Part shown: positions 19,971-28,146 of the stretch, piece by piece
How positions within the stretch are numbered: the first letter of the stretch is position 1
How the letters are laid out: each line of letters starts with the position of its first letter
Assembly (NCBI GenBank): GCA_965250285.1
Contig: OZ252299.1
Coordinates: 2,784,001-2,848,000, forward strand
DNA: 64,000 bases
Origin: Myxococcota bacterium
Lineage (GTDB): Bacteria > Myxococcota_A > UBA9160 > UBA4427
Direction: 5' to 3'
Position numbers and translations under genes: made by a program
Notes under the pieces: model-generated
The model's database searches: none
What the model saw: the letters and a program-made list of their open reading frames with translations, nothing else
Told to the model about the DNA's origin: nothing

Positions 19971-21347
19971 TCAGTCTGCCTCGTCGTCGCGCACCCCGCC
20001 GCGACCGGGTGCCGATCGCGGGCGGCGCGCCGAGGCGGTCGCCCCCGCGCCCTCCGCGTCGTCTTCGAACGTGTCGCCGTGCTTGTGCTGCATCGACAGC
20101 CCGGCGCGCACCGCGTCGCCCTGACTCGCGCGCACGATGGCGCGGCGGCCGAACCGATCGACCACCGCATCGAGCGCCTCGTTCAGCCTCGCGCGGCGCG
20201 CCTGCTCGGGCGAAGGCCCGAAGAGCCCGAGCTGCGCGCGGTCGCTCGGCGCAAGACCGGTGACCCCCACACCGATCAGCCGCACGGGCTCGGGCAGCCG
20301 CTCGGCCCGCAGCAGCGCATGGGCGGCCTGCGCGATGACCTCGCCATCCCGGGTCGGCTCGTCGAGCGTCGTCCGGCGCGTGTGCAGCGGGTAGCCACGC
20401 GGCCCGGGGCGCCGCCGTGTCGCGAGCCGCCACTTGAGCACCACCGTGCGCGCGACGAGCCCCGAGCGCCGCAGTCGCCGAGCCACGCTCTCGGCATGGG
20501 TGAGGATCGTCGCTTCGAGCAGCTCTCGGTCGGCGACGTCGCGCTCGAACGTGTTCTCCTCGCTGATCGACTTGGCGGCGCGCTCCGACTCGACCGACGC
20601 GTTCGCATCGGTCGCCTCCTCACCGCGCGCCATGCGGCGCAGACGGTGCGCGTCGTCGCCGAACGCCGCCTCGAGCAGCTCGCGGGGTGCGTCGGCGAGC
20701 TGTCCAATCGTCTCGAAGCCCCGGTCGCGGATCCTTCGTTCGGCGACCGGCCCGACGCCCCACAGCTTGCGCACCGGCAGCGGCGCCAGGAAGTCGCGGA
20801 CCGCCTCGGGCTCGATGACGAGCAGGCCGTCGGGCTTCGCCAGGGCGCTCGCGATCTTGGCCACGCGCTTCACCGGCGCGACGCCCACCGACACAGCGAG
20901 GCCGGTCTCCTCGCGCACCTGTGCCCGCAGCCGGGCCGCGACGTCGGCGGGGGCACCGAGGAGTCGCTCGGTGCCGGTCCAATCGAGGAACGCCTCGTCG
21001 AGCGACAGACCTTCGACGCGGGGCGAGAACGTGCGGAAGACGTCGAAGATGCGCTTCGACTCGCGCGCGTAGAGGGCCATGTTGCCGGGCACGAACACGA
21101 GGTCGGGGCAGAGGCGCTTCGCCTCGATCGAGGGCATCGCCGAGTGCACGCCAAAGACGCGCGCTTCGTAGCTCGCCGCCGACACCACGCCACGCGGGCC
21201 ACCGCCGCCGACGGCGATCGGGCGCCCGCGCAGCTCGGGGTGATCACGCTGCTCGACCGAGGCGTAGAACGCATCCATGTCGGCGTGCGCGATACAGCGC
21301 ACGGGCGAAGGAGCCGACGTGGAGGCGGGGCGATCCGGCGGGGGCAT
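19971..21347 (-). CDS. dinB: DNA polymerase IV
   Basis: HADMDAFYASVE, SYEAR.FGV.SAM, SLDEAFLD, KPDG, LWGVG, VRLIGV, QLGLF clamp motif; catalytic residues intact. Confidence 0.95.
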   Translation of the reverse strand: MPPPDRPASTSAPSPVRCIAHADMDAFYASVEQRDHPELRGRPIAVGGGGPRGVVSAASYEARVFGVHSAMPSIEAKRLCPDLVFVPGNMALYARESKRIFDVFRTFSPRVEGLSLDEAFLDWTGTERLLGAPADVAARLRAQVREETGLAVSVGVAPVKRVAKIASALAKPDGLLVIEPEAVRDFLAPLPVRKLWGVGPVAERRIRDRGFETIGQLADAPRELLEAAFGDDAHRLRRMARGEEATDANASVESERAAKSISEENTFERDVADRELLEATILTHAESVARRLRRSGLVARTVVLKWRLATRRRPGPRGYPLHTRRTTLDEPTRDGEVIAQAAHALLRAERLPEPVRLIGVGVTGLAPSDRAQLGLFGPSPEQARRARLNEALDAVVDRFGRRAIVRASQGDAVRAGLSMQHKHGDTFEDDAEGAGATASARRPRSAPGRGGVRDDEAD

Positions 21348-21375
21348 GCAGGGGACCTCGTTGGGCGACGATACC

Positions 21376-21411
21376 CTTGAGAAGAGGCGAACAAAAGACG
21401 AAAATGGCGGA
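21376..21411 (+). promoter_or_regulatory. dnaE2 promoter and dinB divergent region with candidate SOS-type operator GGCGAACAAAAGACGAAA
   Basis: TTGAGA (21377-82) -N17- GAAAAT (21400-05) -N6- ATG 21412; same geometry as the imuA promoter. Confidence 0.75.
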
Positions 21412-24400
21412 ATGCCCCCCGACCGCCCCCCGCGCCACCATGCCGCCCCCGACGACTACATCGAGCTGCGGGCGCGCAGCGCGTTCTCGTTTCTCGAAGG
21501 CAGCGCCCAGCCCGAAGACCTCGCCGAGCGCGCCGCCGAGCTGGGCTACCCGGCGCTGGCGCTCGCCGATCGCCACGGCGTCTCGGGCGCGCCGCGTTTT
21601 CACAAGGCGACCCGGGCAGCGGGCGTCCGCGGCCTCGTCGGCGCCGAGCTCTCGGTGGCGCGCCCGGGTGGACCGAGCGACGACCTGCTGCTGCTCGTCG
21701 AATCGCCGGCGGGCTGGCGGCGACTGTGTCGACTGATCACGGCGGGCCAGGCGGGCCGGCCGAAGGGCGAGTGTCAGGTCGACTGGCGCGACGTCGCCGA
21801 GCATGCGGGCGACTGGACCGTACTGGTGCACGGCGATGCGCGGCTGCGCCCCGAGCTCTTCGACCGCCTGCGCGAGACCTTCGGCGACCCGCGCGATGCC
21901 CGGGGCGATGCCCGCGAGCGCGTGTGGGTCGACGTGTCGCGACCGCTCGATCGCCGGGCCGAGCGCCACATGCGCCGCGCGGCCGACCTGGCCAGCGCGC
22001 ATGGCGTGCCGATCGTGGCCACGGGGGACGTGCGCTGCGCCCGGCCCGAGGGTCGACCGCTGCTCGACGCACTGACCTGCCTCTACCACAAGACCACGCT
22101 CGACCGGGCCGGTCGACGGCTGCTGCCCAACGGTGAGCACTACCTGCTCGCGCGCGAGTCGATGGCCGAGCGCTTCGCCGATCATCCCGAGTGGGTGCGC
22201 GCCACCCGGGCGATCGCCGAGCGCTGCGGCTTCACCCTCGAGAACCTCGGCTACCGGTTCCCCGAGTTTCCCCTCGCTCCGGGCGAGACCCAGCAGGGGC
22301 GGCTCGAGGCGCTGACCTGGCAGGGCGCGCGGGAGCGCTACGGCACCCCGCTGCCCGCCCGGGTCAGGCAGCAGATCGAGCACGAGCTGACGGTGATCGG
22401 CCGACTCGAGCTCGCCGGCTACTTCTTGATCGTCCACGACATCGCGCTCTTCGCAAAGCAGTCGAAGATTCTCTGCCAAGGTCGCGGTTCAGCAGCGAAT
22501 AGCGCCGTCTGTTACTCGCTCGGGATCACCGCGGTCGACCCGATCGGCATGGAGCTGCTCTTCGAGCGATTCCTCTCGGATGAGCGCGGTGAGTGGCCCG
22601 ACATCGATCTCGACCTGCCCTCGGGCGATCAGCGCGAGCGGGTGATCCAGTACGTCTTCAAGAAGTACGCGACCGGGGGCTCGGCGATGACCGCCAATGT
22701 CATCACCTACCGCCTGAAGATGGCCCTGCGCGAGATGGGCAAGGTGGTGGGGCTCGACGCCGACACCCTCGACCGGCTCTCGAAGACGGTCGGGCGCCTC
22801 GAGGCCGAGGACACCGTGGGCCAGATTCGCGAGCGCATGCGCGGGGTGGGGCTCGACGATGCGGCGCCAAGGGTGAAGCAACTTCTCGACCTCATCCTGC
22901 AAGTGCAAGGATTGCCTCGCCATCTTGGTCAACACTCGGGGGGCGTGGTCATCGCGGCCGGGCGCCTCGACGAGGTCGTGCCCATCGAGCCGGCGAGCAT
23001 GGACGACCGCCGCATCGTGCAGTGGGACAAGGACGACTGCGCCGATCTCGGCATCATCAAGATCGACCTGCTCGGGCTCGGCATGCTGCAGGCCCTCGAA
23101 GAGACGATCCCCCTGGTGCGACGGCACGAGGGCGTGGCCCTCGACCTCGCGAAGCTGCCCCCCGACGACCCGGCGACCTACGACATGATCTGCGACGCCG
23201 ACACGGTCGGGGTGTTCCAGATCGAGAGCCGGGCCCAGATGGCCACCCTGCCCCGCATGAAGCCGCGGCACTTCTACGACCTGGTGGTCGAGATCGCGAT
23301 CATCCGACCCGGCCCGATCGTGGGCCAGATGGTGCACCCCTATCTCAATCGCCGGGCCGGGCGCGAGCCGGTCGAAGTGCCCCACGAGAGCCTGCGGCCG
23401 ATCCTCGCTCGCACACTCGGGGTGCCGATCTTTCAGGAGCAGCTGCTGCGGGTGGCCATGACCGCAGCGGGCTTCACCGGCGGCGAGGCCGAAGAGCTGC
23501 GCCGGGCCATGGGCTTCAAACGCTCGATCGAGCGGATGGAGGCGATCGAGGCCCGGCTGCGCGCCGGCATGACGCGCAACGGCCTCGAGCCCGGGGCCCA
23601 GGACGAGGTCGTCCGGCACATCACGTCGTTCGCGCTCTACGGGTTCCCCGAGTCGCACTCGGCCTCGTTCGCCCTGATCGCCTATGCCTCCTGCTACCTC
23701 AAGCGTCATCACCCGGCGGCCTTCCTCGTCGGCCTGCTGAACGCCTGGCCGATGGGCTTCTACAACCCGGCCACCCTCGTGCAGGACGCCCAGCGGCACG
23801 GGGTCGAGGTGCGACCGATCGACGTCACCCGCTCGACCTGGGGGTCGAGCCTCGAGCCGGGCCACCCGGCCGCGGCACCGCGGCCGATGCGGCACGGCCC
23901 GGCCCACGCCGGGCGACCCGCCGCCCGCATCGGGCTGCGCTTCGTGCACGGTCTGCGCGAAGAGACGGCCCTGCGCCTCGAGCACGAGCGGCGCGCGCGC
24001 CCCTTCGGCGATCTCTCCGATCTCGTGAAGCGCGTCGGCTTCGTCGGCGACGAGCTCGACGCGTTGGCCGAGGCGGGCGCCCTGGCGAGCCTGCCCGGCG
24101 CCTCGAACGAGCGCCGGGCCGCGCTCTGGCAGGTGGCGGGGATCGAGCGCGACACCCGGTCGCTCTTCGCGGGGCAGACCGCCGCCGATCACGGCCGCGC
24201 CGAGGAGGCGGGCCTTGCCCCGATGGACGCGATCGAGACGACGCTCGCCGACTATCGGCGCTCGGGGCTGACGACCGGCCCCCAGCTTCTCGCGCACTTC
24301 CGGGCCGAGCTGCGCGAGCGCGGGATCCTCGCCGCAGCCGACCTGCGCCACGTGCCGAACGGGCGCTGGGTGCGTACGGCGGGACACGTCATCGTGCGGC

Positions 24401-24639
24401 AGCGGCCGGGCTCGGCGAAGGGTTTCGTCTTTCTCACCCTCGAGGACGAGACGGGGCTCAGCAACGCCGTGGTGACGCCCCCCGTCTTCGACCGCTTCCG
24501 CGTGCCGATGCACGCGCATGCGCTGCTCGAGGTCGCGGGCCCGATCCAGAACGTCGACAACGTGATCCATGTGCGGCTCACCGAGCTCAAGCCCCTCGAG
24601 CTGCACGCCTCGATGCCGGCATCGCGCAGCTACCGCTGA
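21412..24639 (+). CDS. dnaE2: Error-prone DNA polymerase DnaE2 (ImuC)
   Basis: GRGSAANS, PDIDLD, KIDLLGLG, FQIESRAQ, YGFPESH, OB fold RQRPGSAKG, C-terminal SRSYR (SRDFR/H-like). Start moved to ATG 21412 because the track start overlaps dinB. Confidence 0.95.
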   Translation: MPPDRPPRHHAAPDDYIELRARSAFSFLEGSAQPEDLAERAAELGYPALALADRHGVSGAPRFHKATRAAGVRGLVGAELSVARPGGPSDDLLLLVESPAGWRRLCRLITAGQAGRPKGECQVDWRDVAEHAGDWTVLVHGDARLRPELFDRLRETFGDPRDARGDARERVWVDVSRPLDRRAERHMRRAADLASAHGVPIVATGDVRCARPEGRPLLDALTCLYHKTTLDRAGRRLLPNGEHYLLARESMAERFADHPEWVRATRAIAERCGFTLENLGYRFPEFPLAPGETQQGRLEALTWQGARERYGTPLPARVRQQIEHELTVIGRLELAGYFLIVHDIALFAKQSKILCQGRGSAANSAVCYSLGITAVDPIGMELLFERFLSDERGEWPDIDLDLPSGDQRERVIQYVFKKYATGGSAMTANVITYRLKMALREMGKVVGLDADTLDRLSKTVGRLEAEDTVGQIRERMRGVGLDDAAPRVKQLLDLILQVQGLPRHLGQHSGGVVIAAGRLDEVVPIEPASMDDRRIVQWDKDDCADLGIIKIDLLGLGMLQALEETIPLVRRHEGVALDLAKLPPDDPATYDMICDADTVGVFQIESRAQMATLPRMKPRHFYDLVVEIAIIRPGPIVGQMVHPYLNRRAGREPVEVPHESLRPILARTLGVPIFQEQLLRVAMTAAGFTGGEAEELRRAMGFKRSIERMEAIEARLRAGMTRNGLEPGAQDEVVRHITSFALYGFPESHSASFALIAYASCYLKRHHPAAFLVGLLNAWPMGFYNPATLVQDAQRHGVEVRPIDVTRSTWGSSLEPGHPAAAPRPMRHGPAHAGRPAARIGLRFVHGLREETALRLEHERRARPFGDLSDLVKRVGFVGDELDALAEAGALASLPGASNERRAALWQVAGIERDTRSLFAGQTAADHGRAEEAGLAPMDAIETTLADYRRSGLTTGPQLLAHFRAELRERGILAAADLRHVPNGRWVRTAGHVIVRQRPGSAKGFVFLTLEDETGLSNAVVTPPVFDRFRVPMHAHALLEVAGPIQNVDNVIHVRLTELKPLELHASMPASRSYR

Positions 24640-24845
24640 CGATCCCGACCGATGCGATCGCGACGCGTGTGATGAGCCAAAGGCGGCAGCGAGCCGAGGC
24701 CGCCGCGCCGGCTCCGACCGACGTGTGCATCGATCGCACAGGCGTCGGCTTCGATGCGTCACCCAACCGTGCATGCGGGTCACTTGCATGCAGAAAATCG
24801 CGCGTACTCATGCGCAAACGATTCCATTCGAAGAGCGGGCCAGAT

Positions 24846-25955
24846 ATGTTCCCGCTCGCCGACCCCAGCCCCGGAGCAATCCCCCCCTTGCCCCGCACTG
24901 CCCACGCCCAAACGGCCGTCCGCGGCCCGCTCGACGCGCTCTCGGATCGCGAGCTGCTCGCTCTGCGGCTCTGCGATCTCGACGTGTCGCTCGAAGGCAG
25001 CTGGGTCGCGGATCTGATCGATCAGGTGCTCGGCGAGCTGGCCGCCACGGGCCTGCGCCTTCGGCCGCACTTCTGGCTGTCGGAGGAGTGGTTCTCGCCC
25101 GACGCGGTGCCCGGCGTCGCCGTGCCCTTCTACCTGGCGCACCCGCGGCTCGTGCGGCTCGAGCGCAGACAGATGCTCGAAGCCGAGGGCGCGACGCGAG
25201 AGAGCTGTCTCAAGCTGCTGCGCCATGAGGTCGGTCACGCCGTGCAGCACGCCTACCGTCTGCATCGGCGCCCGAGCTGGCGCGCGAAGTTCGGCTCCTC
25301 GTCGACGCCGTACCCCGACTTCTATCGGCCCGACCCGACCAGCCGCCAGCACGTGCTGCACCTCGACTACTGGTACGCCCAGGCCCACCCCGACGAGGAC
25401 TTCGCCGAGACCTTCGCCGTGTGGCTCACGCCGGGCTCGCGCTGGCGGCAGGCCTACCGGGGCTGGGCGGCGCTCGAGAAGCTCGAATACGTCGACGAGC
25501 TCGTCCGCACCCTCGAAGGGGTCGCGCCGCCGGTGCGCAGCCGCGCGCGGCCCGAGCACCTGCCCCGGCTGCGGCGCACGCTCGCCGACTACTACGCCGA
25601 GAAGCGCGAACGCTTCGAGGGCAATGGCGACGAGGTCTGGGACGAAGACCTGATGCGGCTCTTCAGCAAGCCGGAGGGCTCTGCGAAGGGCATGGCTGCG
25701 GACCGGCCGCGGGGTGAGTCGGCGGCGGCGTTCCTGCACCGGGCGCGGGGGCGCGTGCGCCGCCGAGTGGCCCGCTGCACCGCCCGGCACGAGTACGCCA
25801 TCGATCTGGTGCTGCGCGAGATGACGGCGCGCTGCCGCGAGCTGGGGCTGCGCGCGACGGCGCCCGCCGATCAGCTCGAGCGCGACCTCGCGATCCTGGT
25901 CGCCGCGCGCGGCGCCGAGTACGTCTCGTGGCGACGGGAGTGGCACGCGCTCTAG
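24846..25955 (+). CDS. Putative zinc-binding metallopeptidase (zincin-like)
   Basis: LRHEVGHA (HExxH) and HPDEDFAETFAVWL; start uncertain (24810 or 24846). The track's 1120-aa extension is a shadow frame. Confidence 0.8.
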   Translation: MFPLADPSPGAIPPLPRTAHAQTAVRGPLDALSDRELLALRLCDLDVSLEGSWVADLIDQVLGELAATGLRLRPHFWLSEEWFSPDAVPGVAVPFYLAHPRLVRLERRQMLEAEGATRESCLKLLRHEVGHAVQHAYRLHRRPSWRAKFGSSSTPYPDFYRPDPTSRQHVLHLDYWYAQAHPDEDFAETFAVWLTPGSRWRQAYRGWAALEKLEYVDELVRTLEGVAPPVRSRARPEHLPRLRRTLADYYAEKRERFEGNGDEVWDEDLMRLFSKPEGSAKGMAADRPRGESAAAFLHRARGRVRRRVARCTARHEYAIDLVLREMTARCRELGLRATAPADQLERDLAILVAARGAEYVSWRREWHAL

Positions 25956-26044
25956 AGCGCCATGCGCGGGCTCGCTTCACTCGGCCGGGCCCGGGCTGCC
26001 CGCCGGGGAGCGCGGACCGCCGCACTTCGCCACCATCCCACATC

Positions 26045-27049
26045 ATGAAGAAGCGGCGCGTCCTCGTCCTCACCCACGAAGACCTGGTGGTGCCCGACTC
26101 GCGCCAGGGCCTGACCGACCAGCAGAAGCACGAGATCAAGTGCGAGTGGGACGTCGTGACGACGCTGCGCGCCGGCGGCCACGACGTGCGCCAGCTCGGC
26201 GTCAGCCACGATCTGCTTCCGATCCGGCACACCGTCGAAGACTGGCGCCCCCACGTGGTCTTCAACCTGCTCGAGGAGTTTCAGGAAGAGGCGATCTACG
26301 ACCACAACGTCGTCGCCTACCTGCAGCTGCTGAAAGCGGCCTACACGGGCTGCGGCCCGCGCGGCCTCGTGCTCACCCGCGACAAGTCGCTCGCGAAGAA
26401 GCTCGTCGCCTACCACCGGGTGCGGGTGCCGCGCTTCTTCGTCGCGCGTCGGGGGCGCAAGCTGCGGGCGGTGAAGGGCCTGCGCGCCCCGCTGATCGTG
26501 AAGAGCCTGGTCGAGGAGGCCTCGACGGCCATCGCCCAGGCATCGGTGGTGCACACCGAGGAGAAGCTCGCTGAACGCGTCCGCTTCGTGCACGAGCACG
26601 TCGAGACCGACGCGATCGTCGAAGAATTCATCGAGGGGCGGGAGATCTACGTCGCCGTGCTGGGCAACGAGCGGCTCCAGGTGCTGCCGCCTCAGGAGCT
26701 GGTCATCGGCGACCTCGGCGAAGGAGAGCGGCTGATCGCCACCGAGAAGGTCAAACACGACCCGGCCTACCAGAAGAAGCGCAAGATCCGGCTTCGGCCC
26801 GCCAAGCTCGAGCCCGATCAGCTGCGCACGCTCGAGCGCACCTCGCGGCGGGTGTACAAGACGCTCGAGCTGCGAGGCTACGCGCGGATCGACTTTCGGC
26901 TCTCGCCCGAAGGCGAGTTCTACTTTCTCGAAGCCAATCCGAACCCCGAGCTGGCCAAGGGCGAAGAGGTCGCGAGCGCCGCCAAACAGGTGGGCCTCGA
27001 GTATCCCGATCTGCTCGAGAAGATCCTCCGGCTCGGGATGCGCACCTGA
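26045..27049 (+). CDS. ATP-grasp enzyme, D-Ala-D-Ala-ligase-like but non-canonical
   Basis: VFNLLE, YTGCG, DKSLAK, PLIVK, EEFIEGRE, GYARIDFR, LEANPNP. Confidence 0.85.
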   Translation: MKKRRVLVLTHEDLVVPDSRQGLTDQQKHEIKCEWDVVTTLRAGGHDVRQLGVSHDLLPIRHTVEDWRPHVVFNLLEEFQEEAIYDHNVVAYLQLLKAAYTGCGPRGLVLTRDKSLAKKLVAYHRVRVPRFFVARRGRKLRAVKGLRAPLIVKSLVEEASTAIAQASVVHTEEKLAERVRFVHEHVETDAIVEEFIEGREIYVAVLGNERLQVLPPQELVIGDLGEGERLIATEKVKHDPAYQKKRKIRLRPAKLEPDQLRTLERTSRRVYKTLELRGYARIDFRLSPEGEFYFLEANPNPELAKGEEVASAAKQVGLEYPDLLEKILRLGMRT

Positions 27050-27072
27050 CGCCCCGCGCCGTCGCTCTCGGA

Positions 27073-27843
27073 TCAGGCCTCGGCGGTGGCGAGGCCGGAT
27101 CGCAGACGCGCGAGGTACCAGGTCGGGGGAAAGAAGCTCAACACCAGCGCGACCAGACCGCACAGCGCGGCGATGCCCATCACGGCGCGCAGCGGGCCGA
27201 GCATCGCGCTCTGCACTTCGAGCGCGTCGATCTGCCCCACCTGATCGGCGAGCAGGATCGGCAGCACGATGCGCAGCACCAGCGCCGTCGCGGGGAGCGC
27301 GGCGAAGGCCGCCGTCCACACGCCCCAGAGCGCGAATCGATTCGCGACGACCGGGTCGGCGAGGCCCAGGCCGACGCGACGTCGCATGCGGCGCCAGTAG
27401 CCGATCGACTCGGCGCAGGCCCAGATCGTCGGCACCACCCGCATGAAGTTGGTGGCGATGATCGCGACCGAGTCTTCGGTGTGCGCCGCGCCCGTGGCGA
27501 GCGAGAAGGCCGTCGTCGCCACCTGAAGCCCGACCAGCGCCACCGCGAGGGCCCGAACGGTCGGCGAGTCGGCGTGAAAGACGCGCCAGACGAAGATCGT
27601 GAGGCTGACCGAAGCGGCGAAGAGGCCGAGGTGGCCGACCACGTTCATCGCCTGACCGACCGAGGCCCCGTCGGCGACCAGCGTCGCCCCCGAGATCCGC
27701 AGCGGCATGCCCCAGGCGATGAAAAGGAAGTAGAGCCCCGCCCAGCGCTCGGGGCCGGCGGCTTCGCCGCGCGACTGCAGCAGCAGGCGCACCGAGGGCG
27801 CGATCAGCAGGACGAACATCAAAATCGGGACAACGAACTTCAT
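27073..27843 (-). CDS. Hypothetical multi-pass membrane protein
   Basis: 256 aa, about 7 hydrophobic segments, GGAGG SD; no motif recognised. Confidence 0.7.
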   Translation of the reverse strand: MKFVVPILMFVLLIAPSVRLLLQSRGEAAGPERWAGLYFLFIAWGMPLRISGATLVADGASVGQAMNVVGHLGLFAASVSLTIFVWRVFHADSPTVRALAVALVGLQVATTAFSLATGAAHTEDSVAIIATNFMRVVPTIWACAESIGYWRRMRRRVGLGLADPVVANRFALWGVWTAAFAALPATALVLRIVLPILLADQVGQIDALEVQSAMLGPLRAVMGIAALCGLVALVLSFFPPTWYLARLRSGLATAEA

Positions 27844-28146
27844 GGGGGCCTCCGTTCGTTGTCATCGGATGAGCCAGGGCGCGCTTGATCGGGCGTTTCC
27901 CTGACACGTCGATGCACCGCCCGCGGCGCCCTGGGTGCCCCCGAGGCGGCGAACCCGACGACCCCGCCCGCCCGAGGCGGCCGAATTGCGCTCGCATGGC
28001 AGGTCTTGCGCTGGCAATGCGACCGCCCGTCACGCAGGAACGCATCGAGGGCACCTACTGCAAGCGAGCCCGCCGCGCCGCAGCGGCCCGGTATACTGCA
28101 CGGTCGGCCGGGTCACACGCGCCGGTCGTGAGCGAGAGAGGCCCCC

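Noticed and set aside
22593..24845. 1120-aa same-strand ORF overlapping dnaE2 and running into the peptidase (possible frameshift fusion)
   Set aside because: It is the -1 frame of a GC3-rich gene, where stops are rare; the translation is Arg/Pro/Gly junk; DnaE2 has its own normal C-terminal motif. The equal 1120-aa lengths are coincidence.
26045..27049. Calling this gene ddl
   Set aside because: D-Ala-binding and omega-loop signatures are missing and there is no cell-wall gene context.
27844..28146. RiPP precursor for the radical SAM or ATP-grasp enzyme
   Set aside because: No short ORF with an SD and a plausible Cys-, aromatic- or acid-rich core.
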